Shown one piece after another: positions 31,544 to 38,523 of a stretch of 41,987 nt of DNA. The stretch lies in the IMG/VR virus record IMGVR_UViG_3300020215_000035; one strand, 5' to 3'. Source of the stretch: a virus. A program made the position numbers and the translations under genes. Each line of letters opens with the position of its first letter. The first letter of the stretch is position 1. The notes under the pieces were generated by a model. It saw only the letters and a program-made list of their open reading frames with translations, was not told the origin of the DNA and did no database searches.

Positions 31544-31778
31544 CGGCGTTCAGGAGGGCACGGAGGAGGAGGCCGACGGGGAGGCCGAGGACGAACCCGC
31601 AGGCGGCGGACCAGGGGAGGAGGAACAGGGCCACCAGCGCCGTCTCCCACCACCGCACCGGCGCCGGGGGCTCGGTGACGGAGGCGAGGAAGAGGAGCCG
31701 CCCGCCGTCGTCTTTGGGCAGGCGGGCGAGGGCCTCGGCCCACGCGGAAGCGTCGAGGGGGGTTAGCTGAGCACCCAT
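31536..31778 (-). CDS. small membrane protein between terL and portal
   Basis: 80 aa with C-terminal hydrophobic WWETALVALFLLPWSAACGFVLGLPVGLLL; overlaps both neighbours. Confidence 0.5.
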   Translation of the reverse strand: MGAQLTPLDASAWAEALARLPKDDGGRLLFLASVTEPPAPVRWWETALVALFLLPWSAACGFVLGLPVGLLLRALLNADG

Positions 31779-32980
31779 CCGATGCCGTGGGCGTAGTGGG
31801 AGAAGGCGGCGTAGCGCCCCGCATCGGGGGCGTGGGAGTCCGTGTGGGCCGGTTCGTCCTGGATGACGCCCCGGACCTTCTTCCAGGCGTAGGCCCGCCA
31901 CTCGGCCCGCGCCCGCTGCGCTACGGCGGGGTCGTCGCCGCCGACGTGGAGGGCGTGCCGCTTCACGAAGTCGATCCCCGCCCCCACGCTCCCCTGCCCC
32001 TTCGTGGCCGGGAGCGCGTAGTACCCGGCGCGGACGAGCTCCTCGATCCGGTCGGGCTCCGCCGAGTCGCAGTAGATGGGGACGTGCTTCTCGACGCCGA
32101 GCGCGGGCAGGCGGGCGATGAGGTCGCCCGTCGTAAGGTAGGACTCGTGGACGAGCGCCCAGAGGTACAGCGACGCCCTCGGCTCCCCGTCCCGGCGGCC
32201 TACCCGCTGGAGCGACATGGGGTCGTTGTACCCGAAGTCCAGCCCGTACACGTAGTCCAGCCCCTCCGGCCACGCCGCGAGCGCAGTGACGTCGCGGTAG
32301 ACGGACTCGGCGGGGACGCCGCGGACGCCGAGGCCGTAGACCTGCCACGCCCACTCGTCTTGCTCCCGGAGGGCTTCGATCTCGCGGATCTGCGCGGCGG
32401 TGAGGAAGGGGTTGTCGAGGTAGGTGGAGTGGAACCGACGCACGTCAGGGCTCCCGTCGTAGAGCTTCCAGATGTGGTGGTCCTCCCGCATCGAGGGGTT
32501 GTAGTCGAGGCAGACGCGATGGGAGGTGCGGAGGACGAGCTGGGTGTGGAGGTCGGCGGGGATCTCGTTGGCCTCGTTCTCCCAGAGGTGGTGCCGCTTC
32601 CGGCCGTGGACCTTCATCTCGTCCTCGGTGGCGAAGAACTCGATCTGACACGGCTCCCCGCCTCCCTCGGGCTGTGGGAACGTGAACACGTCGTCGGTCT
32701 TGTTGTGGCGGGCGTCCTCGTAGAGCCCCCACTCCCGGAGCGTCTCGATCATGTCCCGGCGGACCGTCGCCTTCAAGGCCGGGCCGGTGGCACGGACGAT
32801 GGACAGCAGCTCCCCCGCCGTCTGGCTGAGGTACTCCACCCAGCCGTGGCAGAGGTTCTTCGTCTTGCCGGAGCGGGTGCCGCCCTCCTCGATGAACACA
32901 CGCTCGCCGCTGGGGTCGCGCAGCCATTCGAGGAGGTGCCGCCGCACCGGGGTAGCCTTGATGTGCTTGAGGATCTCCAC
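31763..32980 (-). CDS. terL: terminase large subunit (PBSX/Terminase_3-like)
   Basis: GTG start; Walker A EEGGTRSGKTKN; YLDNPFL and YCDSAEPDRI nuclease-half motifs. Confidence 0.95.
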   Translation of the reverse strand: MEILKHIKATPVRRHLLEWLRDPSGERVFIEEGGTRSGKTKNLCHGWVEYLSQTAGELLSIVRATGPALKATVRRDMIETLREWGLYEDARHNKTDDVFTFPQPEGGGEPCQIEFFATEDEMKVHGRKRHHLWENEANEIPADLHTQLVLRTSHRVCLDYNPSMREDHHIWKLYDGSPDVRRFHSTYLDNPFLTAAQIREIEALREQDEWAWQVYGLGVRGVPAESVYRDVTALAAWPEGLDYVYGLDFGYNDPMSLQRVGRRDGEPRASLYLWALVHESYLTTGDLIARLPALGVEKHVPIYCDSAEPDRIEELVRAGYYALPATKGQGSVGAGIDFVKRHALHVGGDDPAVAQRARAEWRAYAWKKVRGVIQDEPAHTDSHAPDAGRYAAFSHYAHGIGWVLS

Positions 32981-32982
32981 GG

Positions 32983-33381
32983 CTACCCCCCCCCGGTCCC
33001 GGGGCCGGTTACTTCCTCGACGATGACGCGGGTGACGATGTGGTGGGGGTTCGCCTTCGAGCCGTCGGCCCCGAAGTCGCCCCCCGTCTTCCCGAGGAGC
33101 TCGCTCGCCTTCAGGCGGTCCCGCATGGACGCGCCAGCCACCTCGCCCCGGAGCACGCTCGTCCAGAACCGCTGCCGCTCCTCACGGGTGGCCACGGCCG
33201 GGTCGCCCTCCTGCCGCTCCCGCATGGCGTCCTGGATGTGACGTTTTGTGACCAACCGCCGCGCGTAGTCGTAGTCCAGGCCCGCCTTCTCTGCGGCGGG
33301 CCGGATGCTCCCGGCTTCTCCGCCGAGGCTCATGTACGCCTCGACGAACCGGCGCTGCTTCTCGGTGAGGTTCTCAGCCAT
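32983..33381 (-). CDS. terS: terminase small subunit (P27/Terminase_2-like)
   Basis: LTEKQRRFVEAYMSLGGEAGSIRPAAEKAGLDYDYARRLVTKRHIQDAM is the typical N-terminal HTH of this family. Confidence 0.85.
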   Translation of the reverse strand: MAENLTEKQRRFVEAYMSLGGEAGSIRPAAEKAGLDYDYARRLVTKRHIQDAMRERQEGDPAVATREERQRFWTSVLRGEVAGASMRDRLKASELLGKTGGDFGADGSKANPHHIVTRVIVEEVTGPGTGGG

Positions 33382-33384
33382 CGG

Positions 33385-33513
33385 CTAGGCGTGGAGGACG
33401 TAGACGACGGCGGCGCCCGCGACGGCCTCCCCGGCCGAGAGCGGCTTGCCGAGGAAGTAGCGGACGGTGGCCCAGAGGAAGAGGGCGACGGCGGCGAGGA
33501 GGGGCGTTTCCAT
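33385..33513 (-). CDS. 42-aa hydrophobic micro-ORF
   Basis: METPLLAAVALFLWATVRYFLGKPLSAGEAVAGAAVVYVLHA; below the ORF-track length cutoff. Confidence 0.35.
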   Translation of the reverse strand: METPLLAAVALFLWATVRYFLGKPLSAGEAVAGAAVVYVLHA

Positions 33514-33526
33514 GGCGGGTGGGGGG

Positions 33527-33769
33527 TTAGTCGTTGGCCTCCTCGCCGGTGAGGCCCGGCGGCGTGGGGGCGCCGTCGAGGACGGCGAGCCAGAGGTTCG
33601 AGGCGAGCAGGGTGAGGGCGTGCTCCATGTCGGCCCTCCGGCGGTACCCCTGCCCCGAGTCCGCTACGATGCGACCGTTGGCGGCGACGGCGCGCCAGCG
33701 GTGCCGCTTCTCGGCGTCCTTGTAGCGCTCGAGGGTGAGGGCGGGCCGAAGGGCCGGGCGGTCGCTCAT
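33527..33769 (-). CDS. DUF1508 (YegP-like) domain protein
   Basis: YKDAEKRHRWRAVAANGRIVADSGQGYRRRADMEHAL matches the W.W.L.A.NG..IA.S..Y pattern. Confidence 0.75.
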   Translation of the reverse strand: MSDRPALRPALTLERYKDAEKRHRWRAVAANGRIVADSGQGYRRRADMEHALTLLASNLWLAVLDGAPTPPGLTGEEAND

Positions 33770-33846
33770 TGGCAGGCGAAGTAGAGCGTGGGGACGCCGA
33801 TGAGGATCGTGAGGAGGGCGGCGAGCATGAGGCGGGGGCCGGTCAT
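33766..33846 (-). CDS. 26-aa hydrophobic micro-ORF
   Basis: MTGPRLMLAALLTILIGVPTLYFACQ; ATGA coupling to the DUF1508 gene. Confidence 0.3.
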   Translation of the reverse strand: MTGPRLMLAALLTILIGVPTLYFACQ

Positions 33847-33850
33847 CCGG

Positions 33851-34942
33851 TCAGGCATCGGCGAAGGCTTCCAGTTGCTTCGGGGTGGGGACGAACGCGG
33901 CCAGCCGGGCGCGGGCGATCTCGACGTACTCCGCCTCGCGCTCGACGCCGACGAAGCGGAGCCCTTCGTGGAGGCAGGCGAGGCCGGTGGTGCCGCTCCC
34001 GGCGAAGGGGTCGAGGACGAGGCCGCCGGGCGGGGTGACGAGGCGGACGAGCCAGCGCATGAGCGCCAGCGGCTTCACCGTGGGGTGGGTGTTGCGCGAG
34101 GGGGCGCGCTCCCCCGTCCGATGCACGCCGTCGCTGCACTCGTGCTCGGGGTTGTTCAGCGGTGCCCCGGCGTATGCCTTGCGGGCGCGCGGCTCTAGGT
34201 GCCCGAGCCCGGCCTCCCGCTCGCTCCGGCTCGCCTTGGCGCAGTAGAAGAAGCGGGCGGCGGTGCCCTTGTCGTCGTACGAGGGCGCCTGTTCCATCGG
34301 GCCGTAGTTGCCGTGGAACCCGCTGCCCCGGCGCTTTCCGTTGCTGACGGCCCCTTTAACTTCCCCGAACCGGGCGAAGGCGTCGAGCACCTCGGCGCTC
34401 CCGTCGTGGGCGACGTTGGCGGGCCAGCGACCAAGAGAATGTCCCGGCTTGTTCTCGTACGTCTCGTGAGCCGGCCGCCTCCATCCTTCGTGAACGCCTG
34501 CGCACTTCCCATACGAAGGGCCGCCGCCGGGGACGGGCTCGCCGGGATTGATGCGGCAGGCGTCCACGTTCAGCGGCGTCACCGGCCCCTTCCGCGCCAC
34601 GCAGACGGGCTCGTAGGCCGGCTTCAGCTTGCTCCCGTGCTTGGGGAAGCCGGAGCCGTAGAGCCAGCACACGGTATCTTCGATGGCGAACCCGGCGTCC
34701 TCGATGTTCACCCATATCCGGTGCATCGTCCGGGTGCCGCCGAAGCACAGGAGCCGCCCGCCGTCGGCGAGCACGCGGTACACCTCGGCCCACACGTCCA
34801 CGCCGGGCACGTCGTAGTCCCACCGCCGCCCCATGAACCGGAGCCCATAGGGGGGGTCGGTCACGACGGCATCGACGGCCCCCGGCTCCATCGAGGCGAG
34901 GTGGTCGAGGCAGTCGGCGTGGATGATCGAGGCGTCAGGCAC
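33851..34942 (-). CDS. DNA methyltransferase, N6A/N4C beta-class (N4/N6 MTase domain)
   Basis: GTG start. Motif IV VVTDPPYG is N-terminal and motif I VLDPFAGSGTTG is C-terminal, followed by FVGVEREAEY. Confidence 0.9.
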   Translation of the reverse strand: MPDASIIHADCLDHLASMEPGAVDAVVTDPPYGLRFMGRRWDYDVPGVDVWAEVYRVLADGGRLLCFGGTRTMHRIWVNIEDAGFAIEDTVCWLYGSGFPKHGSKLKPAYEPVCVARKGPVTPLNVDACRINPGEPVPGGGPSYGKCAGVHEGWRRPAHETYENKPGHSLGRWPANVAHDGSAEVLDAFARFGEVKGAVSNGKRRGSGFHGNYGPMEQAPSYDDKGTAARFFYCAKASRSEREAGLGHLEPRARKAYAGAPLNNPEHECSDGVHRTGERAPSRNTHPTVKPLALMRWLVRLVTPPGGLVLDPFAGSGTTGLACLHEGLRFVGVEREAEYVEIARARLAAFVPTPKQLEAFADA

Positions 34943-35082
34943 GGGGCTCTAGCGTCTCTGGGGGGAGGAAGGCGGCGGCGCCGACGGCGCACGCCACGAG
35001 GAGGCAGGCGAGGAAGGCGTAGTACAAGAGGACTAGGGATTTACCGGACGGATGCGCTACATTTCGTCATGGGCAAAGCGGC

Positions 35083-35286
35083 TCACTCGTCGGGGTCGGG
35101 GTTGCTCGGGGGCGGGCACTCGGGGCAGGAGCCCTTGATGGCCCACGCCGCCCGCGCGTTGGCGAGGTGCGCGGCCTGGAACGCCTCCTGCACCGTGGTA
35201 TCCGTCTCCTCGTCGGCGAGGAGCCCGAACACCGTGGCGTTCGCGTCGAGGGCCTGGAGGAGCTTCGTGGCCTGTGCCGTCGTCAT
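35083..35286 (-). CDS. hypothetical small protein
   Basis: 67 aa MTTAQATKLLQALDANATVF..., CCGATG start context; internal start of listed ORF 35083..35520. Confidence 0.5.
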   Translation of the reverse strand: MTTAQATKLLQALDANATVFGLLADEETDTTVQEAFQAAHLANARAAWAIKGSCPECPPPSNPDPDE

Positions 35287-35977
35287 CGGGCTATCCGGTT
35301 GCGTGGAGGACGTGGGGGCGCTGCGGGAGGCGAACGAGCGGACGCGGGCGATGGCCCGCGACACGCTCCAGGCGGAGGCGGCCCGGCGGGCGCTCGACTC
35401 GCTGGCGGCGGCGTACCCGGCGCGGGAGGGGCTGCGGTCCGCCGAGGCGACGGAGCGGGACACCCTCGTCGCGCGGGTGCTGGCGCGGCGGGCGTTCGTG
35501 ACGTGGGTGGCGGGGGACACCGCGGGCGCGTTCGTCGCCTACGTGCAGGCGCTCCCGTCGGCGCCGCTGCTCGGGGACTCGGCGCGGGCGGAGCTCCTCC
35601 GCTCGGCCGCCTACGTGGCGCAGATGGGGCCGTCGCCGGGGGCGGCGCTGGAGCTCCTCGACACCGCCGAGCGGGTCGCCCGCTCGGCCGGGGAGAACGA
35701 CCTCGCCGCCGTGATCCTCCGGTGCAAGGCGTGGGTGCTCGCCGACGCCGAGGGGGTGTACCCGTGCCCGGAGCCGAGCCGGCAGTACCCGACGGGGCTC
35801 CTGCTCCTGGCGGCCACGCTCCTCGCCACGCTCGGGCTCGTGTTCGTGCTGCACCGCCGGGCGCTCGCGGCGGCGGAGGCGCACCGCGCCGTCGTCGCGC
35901 ACCACATCCGGGCCGCCGAGCGGCTCGCCGAGCGGGCCGTGGACGAGGCGGCGCGGCGGCGCCGGCCGGGGCATTAG
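35234..35977 (+). CDS. putative lipoprotein with helical periplasmic domain and C-terminal TM anchor, antisense to the late operon (alternative ATG start 35351)
   Basis: From GTG 35234: AFASRAWRSFVACAVVIGLSGC (lipobox LSGC). Near the C-terminus: TGLLLLAATLLATLGLVFVL, then a basic tail. Strong third-position GC in this frame. The minus-strand frames here are Arg-rich artefacts. Confidence 0.5.
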   Translation: MAFASRAWRSFVACAVVIGLSGCVEDVGALREANERTRAMARDTLQAEAARRALDSLAAAYPAREGLRSAEATERDTLVARVLARRAFVTWVAGDTAGAFVAYVQALPSAPLLGDSARAELLRSAAYVAQMGPSPGAALELLDTAERVARSAGENDLAAVILRCKAWVLADAEGVYPCPEPSRQYPTGLLLLAATLLATLGLVFVLHRRALAAAEAHRAVVAHHIRAAERLAERAVDEAARRRRPGH

Positions 35978-35985
35978 TCGCGCCA

Positions 35986-36357
35986 TCAGTGCTCGGGGTT
36001 GTGGGAGCCAGGGGTGATGATGACCTTCCCGGCGCGGATGATCTCGTCGCGGAGCGCGCGGGAGGCGGCGGCGGACTCCTTCGTCGCGGCGATGGACTCC
36101 TGCGTCGCCTTCGTGTTGGCGTCGATGTTCGTGGCGAACTTGTCGGTGATCCGCTCGATGGACTCCTGGTACATCCGGGCGTCCTCGCGGCTGAGCTGGA
36201 GCTGCCGCTCGTAGCCCTTCATGAAGTAGCGGAGCATGAAGGCGAGCACGACGACGATGGCGGCGACGGTGCCGAGCCGTTCGAGGAGGCCGTAGGCGTA
36301 GTCCGGGGGGAGCTGCTGGGCGAAGAACCACGCGAGGGCGTGGGCGGTGGCGTTCAT
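35986..36357 (-). CDS. N-terminally membrane-anchored coiled-coil protein (i-spanin-like)
   Basis: TM segment LGTVAAIVVVLAFML followed by a ~80-aa helical region; ATGA coupling to the holin-like gene. Confidence 0.5.
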   Translation of the reverse strand: MNATAHALAWFFAQQLPPDYAYGLLERLGTVAAIVVVLAFMLRYFMKGYERQLQLSREDARMYQESIERITDKFATNIDANTKATQESIAATKESAAASRALRDEIIRAGKVIITPGSHNPEH

Positions 36358-36836
36358 CCCCGTCCCCCCCCGCCGGTCTGGTCCCCTTCGCCGGTCTGGT
36401 CCCCTTCTTCGATCTCGATCTGGCGGCTGAGCGCGTGGGCGCGGCGGTCGGCCTCGGTGCGGATGTGGAAGATCTCCTGGAGGGTGCGGCTGTTGCGGAG
36501 GTACCACAGCAGCCACACGGCCTGGATCAGCGCGGAGAGGGCGACGAGGGCCTGGAGCCGGTAGGCGGGCCAGCCGAGGCGGATGAACGTGATGAGGTAG
36601 AGGGCGCCGACGTGGCCCGTGACCGAGACCGAGAGCCAGAGCCCCGTCTGGACGGGCGAGCCGGCTCCCCGGGAGCCGTTCATGCGGCGGGCGTTCCGGT
36701 AGAGGGCCGCCGTCATGAAGGCGAAGACGACGGCGAGCCCGAGGTAGAGCCCGGCGTAGAACCACGCCCACCCCTGGTCGTCGCCGAAGCACTCGATGAG
36801 CGTGCGGTAGTTGCCGTAGTCGGTGAACCAGTCCAT
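36354..36836 (-). CDS. three-TM membrane protein, holin candidate
   Basis: WAWFYAGLYLGLAVVFAFMTAAL, LWLSVSVTGHVGALYLITFI and LQALVALSALIQAVWLLWYL, then a charged C-terminal tail. Directly after the endolysin. Confidence 0.55.
   Translation of the reverse strand: MDWFTDYGNYRTLIECFGDDQGWAWFYAGLYLGLAVVFAFMTAALYRNARRMNGSRGAGSPVQTGLWLSVSVTGHVGALYLITFIRLGWPAYRLQALVALSALIQAVWLLWYLRNSRTLQEIFHIRTEADRRAHALSRQIEIEEGDQTGEGDQTGGGGRG
36373..36408. repeat. 18-bp tandem duplication (CCGGTCTGGTCCCCTTCG x2, last base differs)
   Basis: Encodes EGDQTG-EGDQTG in the tail of the holin candidate. Confidence 0.9.
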
Positions 36837-37651
36837 CAGCCCCCTCCCCCCTTCGGGATCTTAGGAGCCCGCTTCTCCCCCACCACCACCGGCTCAGCCT
36901 CCGGCAACGCCGTTGGCGTGGGGAGGGGGCGCGGGGGGCGGGGCTCGATGGGCTCGATGTCGGCGGGGGCCGGGCGCTCGGGTGTGGCCTCGGCTTCGTC
37001 GAGGGCCTCCTGGAAGGCGTCGGCGAGGTCGGCGATGGCGCGGGCGCGGTCGAGGCCGTTGACGATCTTCCGCGCGTTGTAGTAGTCGCAGCGGCCGGGG
37101 TGGATGTAGTCGTGGAGGGCCTTCCCCGTGAACCACCCGTCGCGCATGCCCCGGACGATGATGGCCGCCGCGTTGTCGGGCTCCATCACGGCGTCGGGGT
37201 AGCGCACGAAGTCGCGGCCTAGCTCCTCCCCGGCGCGGCGGTAGTTGTCGAGCCACGTGAGCTGGACGAACCCCCGCCCGTAGTAGGCGTGGCCGTAGGG
37301 CCCGGCGGGCTTCCCGTAGGGGCGGCCCCGGCCCCTCCCGTACTCCCGGATCGGCTGCATCGTGTGCGCCGTCTCGTGCTTGGCCGTGGCGAGCACGTAG
37401 GCGAGGTGCTGGCGGCCGACGGGGGAGGCGAGGGCGAGGGCGCCGTGGGCGTCCCACGCGGCGAGGATGGCCTCGATGCCGTCCACCTGGGCCTGCGTGA
37501 GCCGCCCGCCGAAGAGCGGCCGGAGGGCGGCGTAGAAGGCGGCCTTGTTCACGGGGAGCGCTCGGTTCGTGCGGCTCCCCCCTGCCCTACGGGCTGGCCC
37601 TACGGGCTGGCCTATCCGGCTTCCCGTCCCCACCACCCCTCCCCTGTGCAC
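36836..37651 (-). CDS. endolysin, glycoside hydrolase family 19-like
   Basis: ATAKHETAHT and YYGRGFVQLTWLDNY catalytic motifs. The listed start is GTG 37651, but GTG 37552 (NKAAFYAALRPLFGGRLTQAQVDGIEAIL) is more plausible. Confidence 0.9.
   Translation of the reverse strand: MHRGGVVGTGSRIGQPVGPARRAGGSRTNRALPVNKAAFYAALRPLFGGRLTQAQVDGIEAILAAWDAHGALALASPVGRQHLAYVLATAKHETAHTMQPIREYGRGRGRPYGKPAGPYGHAYYGRGFVQLTWLDNYRRAGEELGRDFVRYPDAVMEPDNAAAIIVRGMRDGWFTGKALHDYIHPGRCDYYNARKIVNGLDRARAIADLADAFQEALDEAEATPERPAPADIEPIEPRPPRPLPTPTALPEAEPVVVGEKRAPKIPKGGGG
37584..37609. repeat. 13-bp tandem repeat GCCCTACGGGCTG x2 (plus a degenerate third unit)
   Basis: Two perfect abutting units in the late-operon leader. 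Confidence 0.85.
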
Positions 37652-37688
37652 GTCGAACGGGTAACGGCGTTGCCGCTGCTCTGACGCA

Positions 37689-37746
37689 GGGGTGGGGAGG
37701 GAGGGGGGACGGGGAGACCCGTAGGGGCCGGGGGCGGTGCGGGGGG
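37689..37746 (+). other. Dense G-tract block (eight runs of G3-G6) with G-quadruplex potential
   Basis: GGGGTGGGGAGGGAGGGGGGACGGGGAGACCCGTAGGGGCCGGGGGCGGTGCGGGGGG. Its first part pairs imperfectly with the C-tract at 37633-37646. Confidence 0.6.
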
Positions 37747-37919
37747 ACGAAAAGGCGGCCGTCTCTCCGGCCTGTCAAGCCTCTTGGTGCCGGGCCGTAA
37801 AGGGCGCGTGGCTACCGGCGGGGCGAGCGGCTAGGCCGCACTCCGGGCTTTCTCCCCGTGGAATGTGGGGCTAGCGCATGACGAGTGGCCGGGGCAGGTG
37901 GTGTTCGGGGGCAGGTGAC

Positions 37920-37949
37920 AATCTAGTTGCGAACGCCCCCACAACGCAA
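37920..37949 (-). promoter_or_regulatory. candidate late/lysis promoter TTGCGT-18 nt-TAGATT
   Basis: The reverse complement of 37944-37949 is TTGCGT and of 37920-37925 is TAGATT. Overlapped by the inverted repeat AGTTGCG-N13-CGCAACT (37925-37951). Confidence 0.4.
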
Positions 37950-37958
37950 CTGCGTACG

Positions 37959-37976
37959 CTGCGCAAGATTGCGCAG
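37959..37976. promoter_or_regulatory. 18-bp palindrome CTGCGCAA-GA-TTGCGCAG (operator candidate)
   Basis: Perfect 8-bp arms, between the divergent promoter candidates. Confidence 0.6.
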
Positions 37977-37985
37977 TTCGCCCTC

Positions 37986-38013
37986 TTGCTAGGGCTTTAC
38001 CCTAGCCTATATT
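37986..38013 (+). promoter_or_regulatory. candidate promoter TTGCTA-16 nt-TATATT
   Basis: The spacer contains the palindrome CTAGGG-CTTTA-CCCTAG; 108 nt upstream of ATG 38122. Confidence 0.5.
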
Positions 38014-38121
38014 CAGCGACCCACCGCGAGTCCTGCCGGGGTGTGACTTTGCAACCGTCACCCCTCCGGCGTCATTGATCCGGCCCCCACCACGGCCTTC
38101 CCACCTCGCGTAGCCACGGTC

Positions 38122-38514
38122 ATGCAGATCCAGATCACGGGCGTGTTCGCGCCCCCGCGCCCCGGCGGCTCCTCCGGGCTCCCCCCGGCGACGCCGCTGG
38201 GGTCCTACCCCCCCTTCCGCCCCGGCACCGACGAGGCCGTCGCCGCCGTCGAGCGGGCCGTCGAGCGGGCCGCCCCGCCCCGCACCGACGCCGAGCGATG
38301 GGGGCTCGCCATGTGGGCGGGGAGCGCCGTCATCTTCGCCGCCCGCGCCCACGGCGACCTCGCCACGATGACGGCCGCCATCGCGTTCGTGCTCGGCCAG
38401 CTCGCCGAAGGGGCCGCCGTCCTCGGCGTCCGCCCCGAGGACTACGCGGCCGTCCGCACGCTATCCACCCCCGCCGTCGTCGCCGCCATCGCCGAGCCGC
38501 TGTCCCCGAACTAG
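38122..38514 (+). CDS. hypothetical protein, convergent with the repressor gene
   Basis: 130-aa ORF with a Pro-rich N-terminus and a hydrophobic/Ala-rich C-terminal half. Confidence 0.6.
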   Translation: MQIQITGVFAPPRPGGSSGLPPATPLGSYPPFRPGTDEAVAAVERAVERAAPPRTDAERWGLAMWAGSAVIFAARAHGDLATMTAAIAFVLGQLAEGAAVLGVRPEDYAAVRTLSTPAVVAAIAEPLSPN

Positions 38515-38523
38515 CGCCCCGCG

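Noticed and set aside
34199-35233. Upstream two-thirds of the 592-aa plus-strand ORF 34199..35977
   Set aside because: It is antisense to the clearly genuine methyltransferase gene and low-complexity. Only the part from 35234 (or 35351) onward has coding character.
35287-36357. Embedded or downstream o-spanin (Rz1-like lipoprotein) on the minus strand
   Set aside because: The alternative minus frames over and after the i-spanin-like gene contain no Cys-bearing lipobox. The long overlapping frame (35291..36331) is an Arg-rich artefact.
37878-38078. 66-aa plus-strand ORF in the large intergenic region
   Set aside because: It spans the palindromes and both promoter candidates and has no start context like the other genes. 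It is more likely regulatory DNA.
37652-38121. tRNA, tmRNA or other known RNA gene in the large non-coding regions (also 1059-1279 and 4628-4804)
   Set aside because: I saw no cloverleaf-compatible arms or a GTTCRANYC T-loop in a suitable context. The structures present are GC hairpins and repeats. A covariance-model scan was not possible here.
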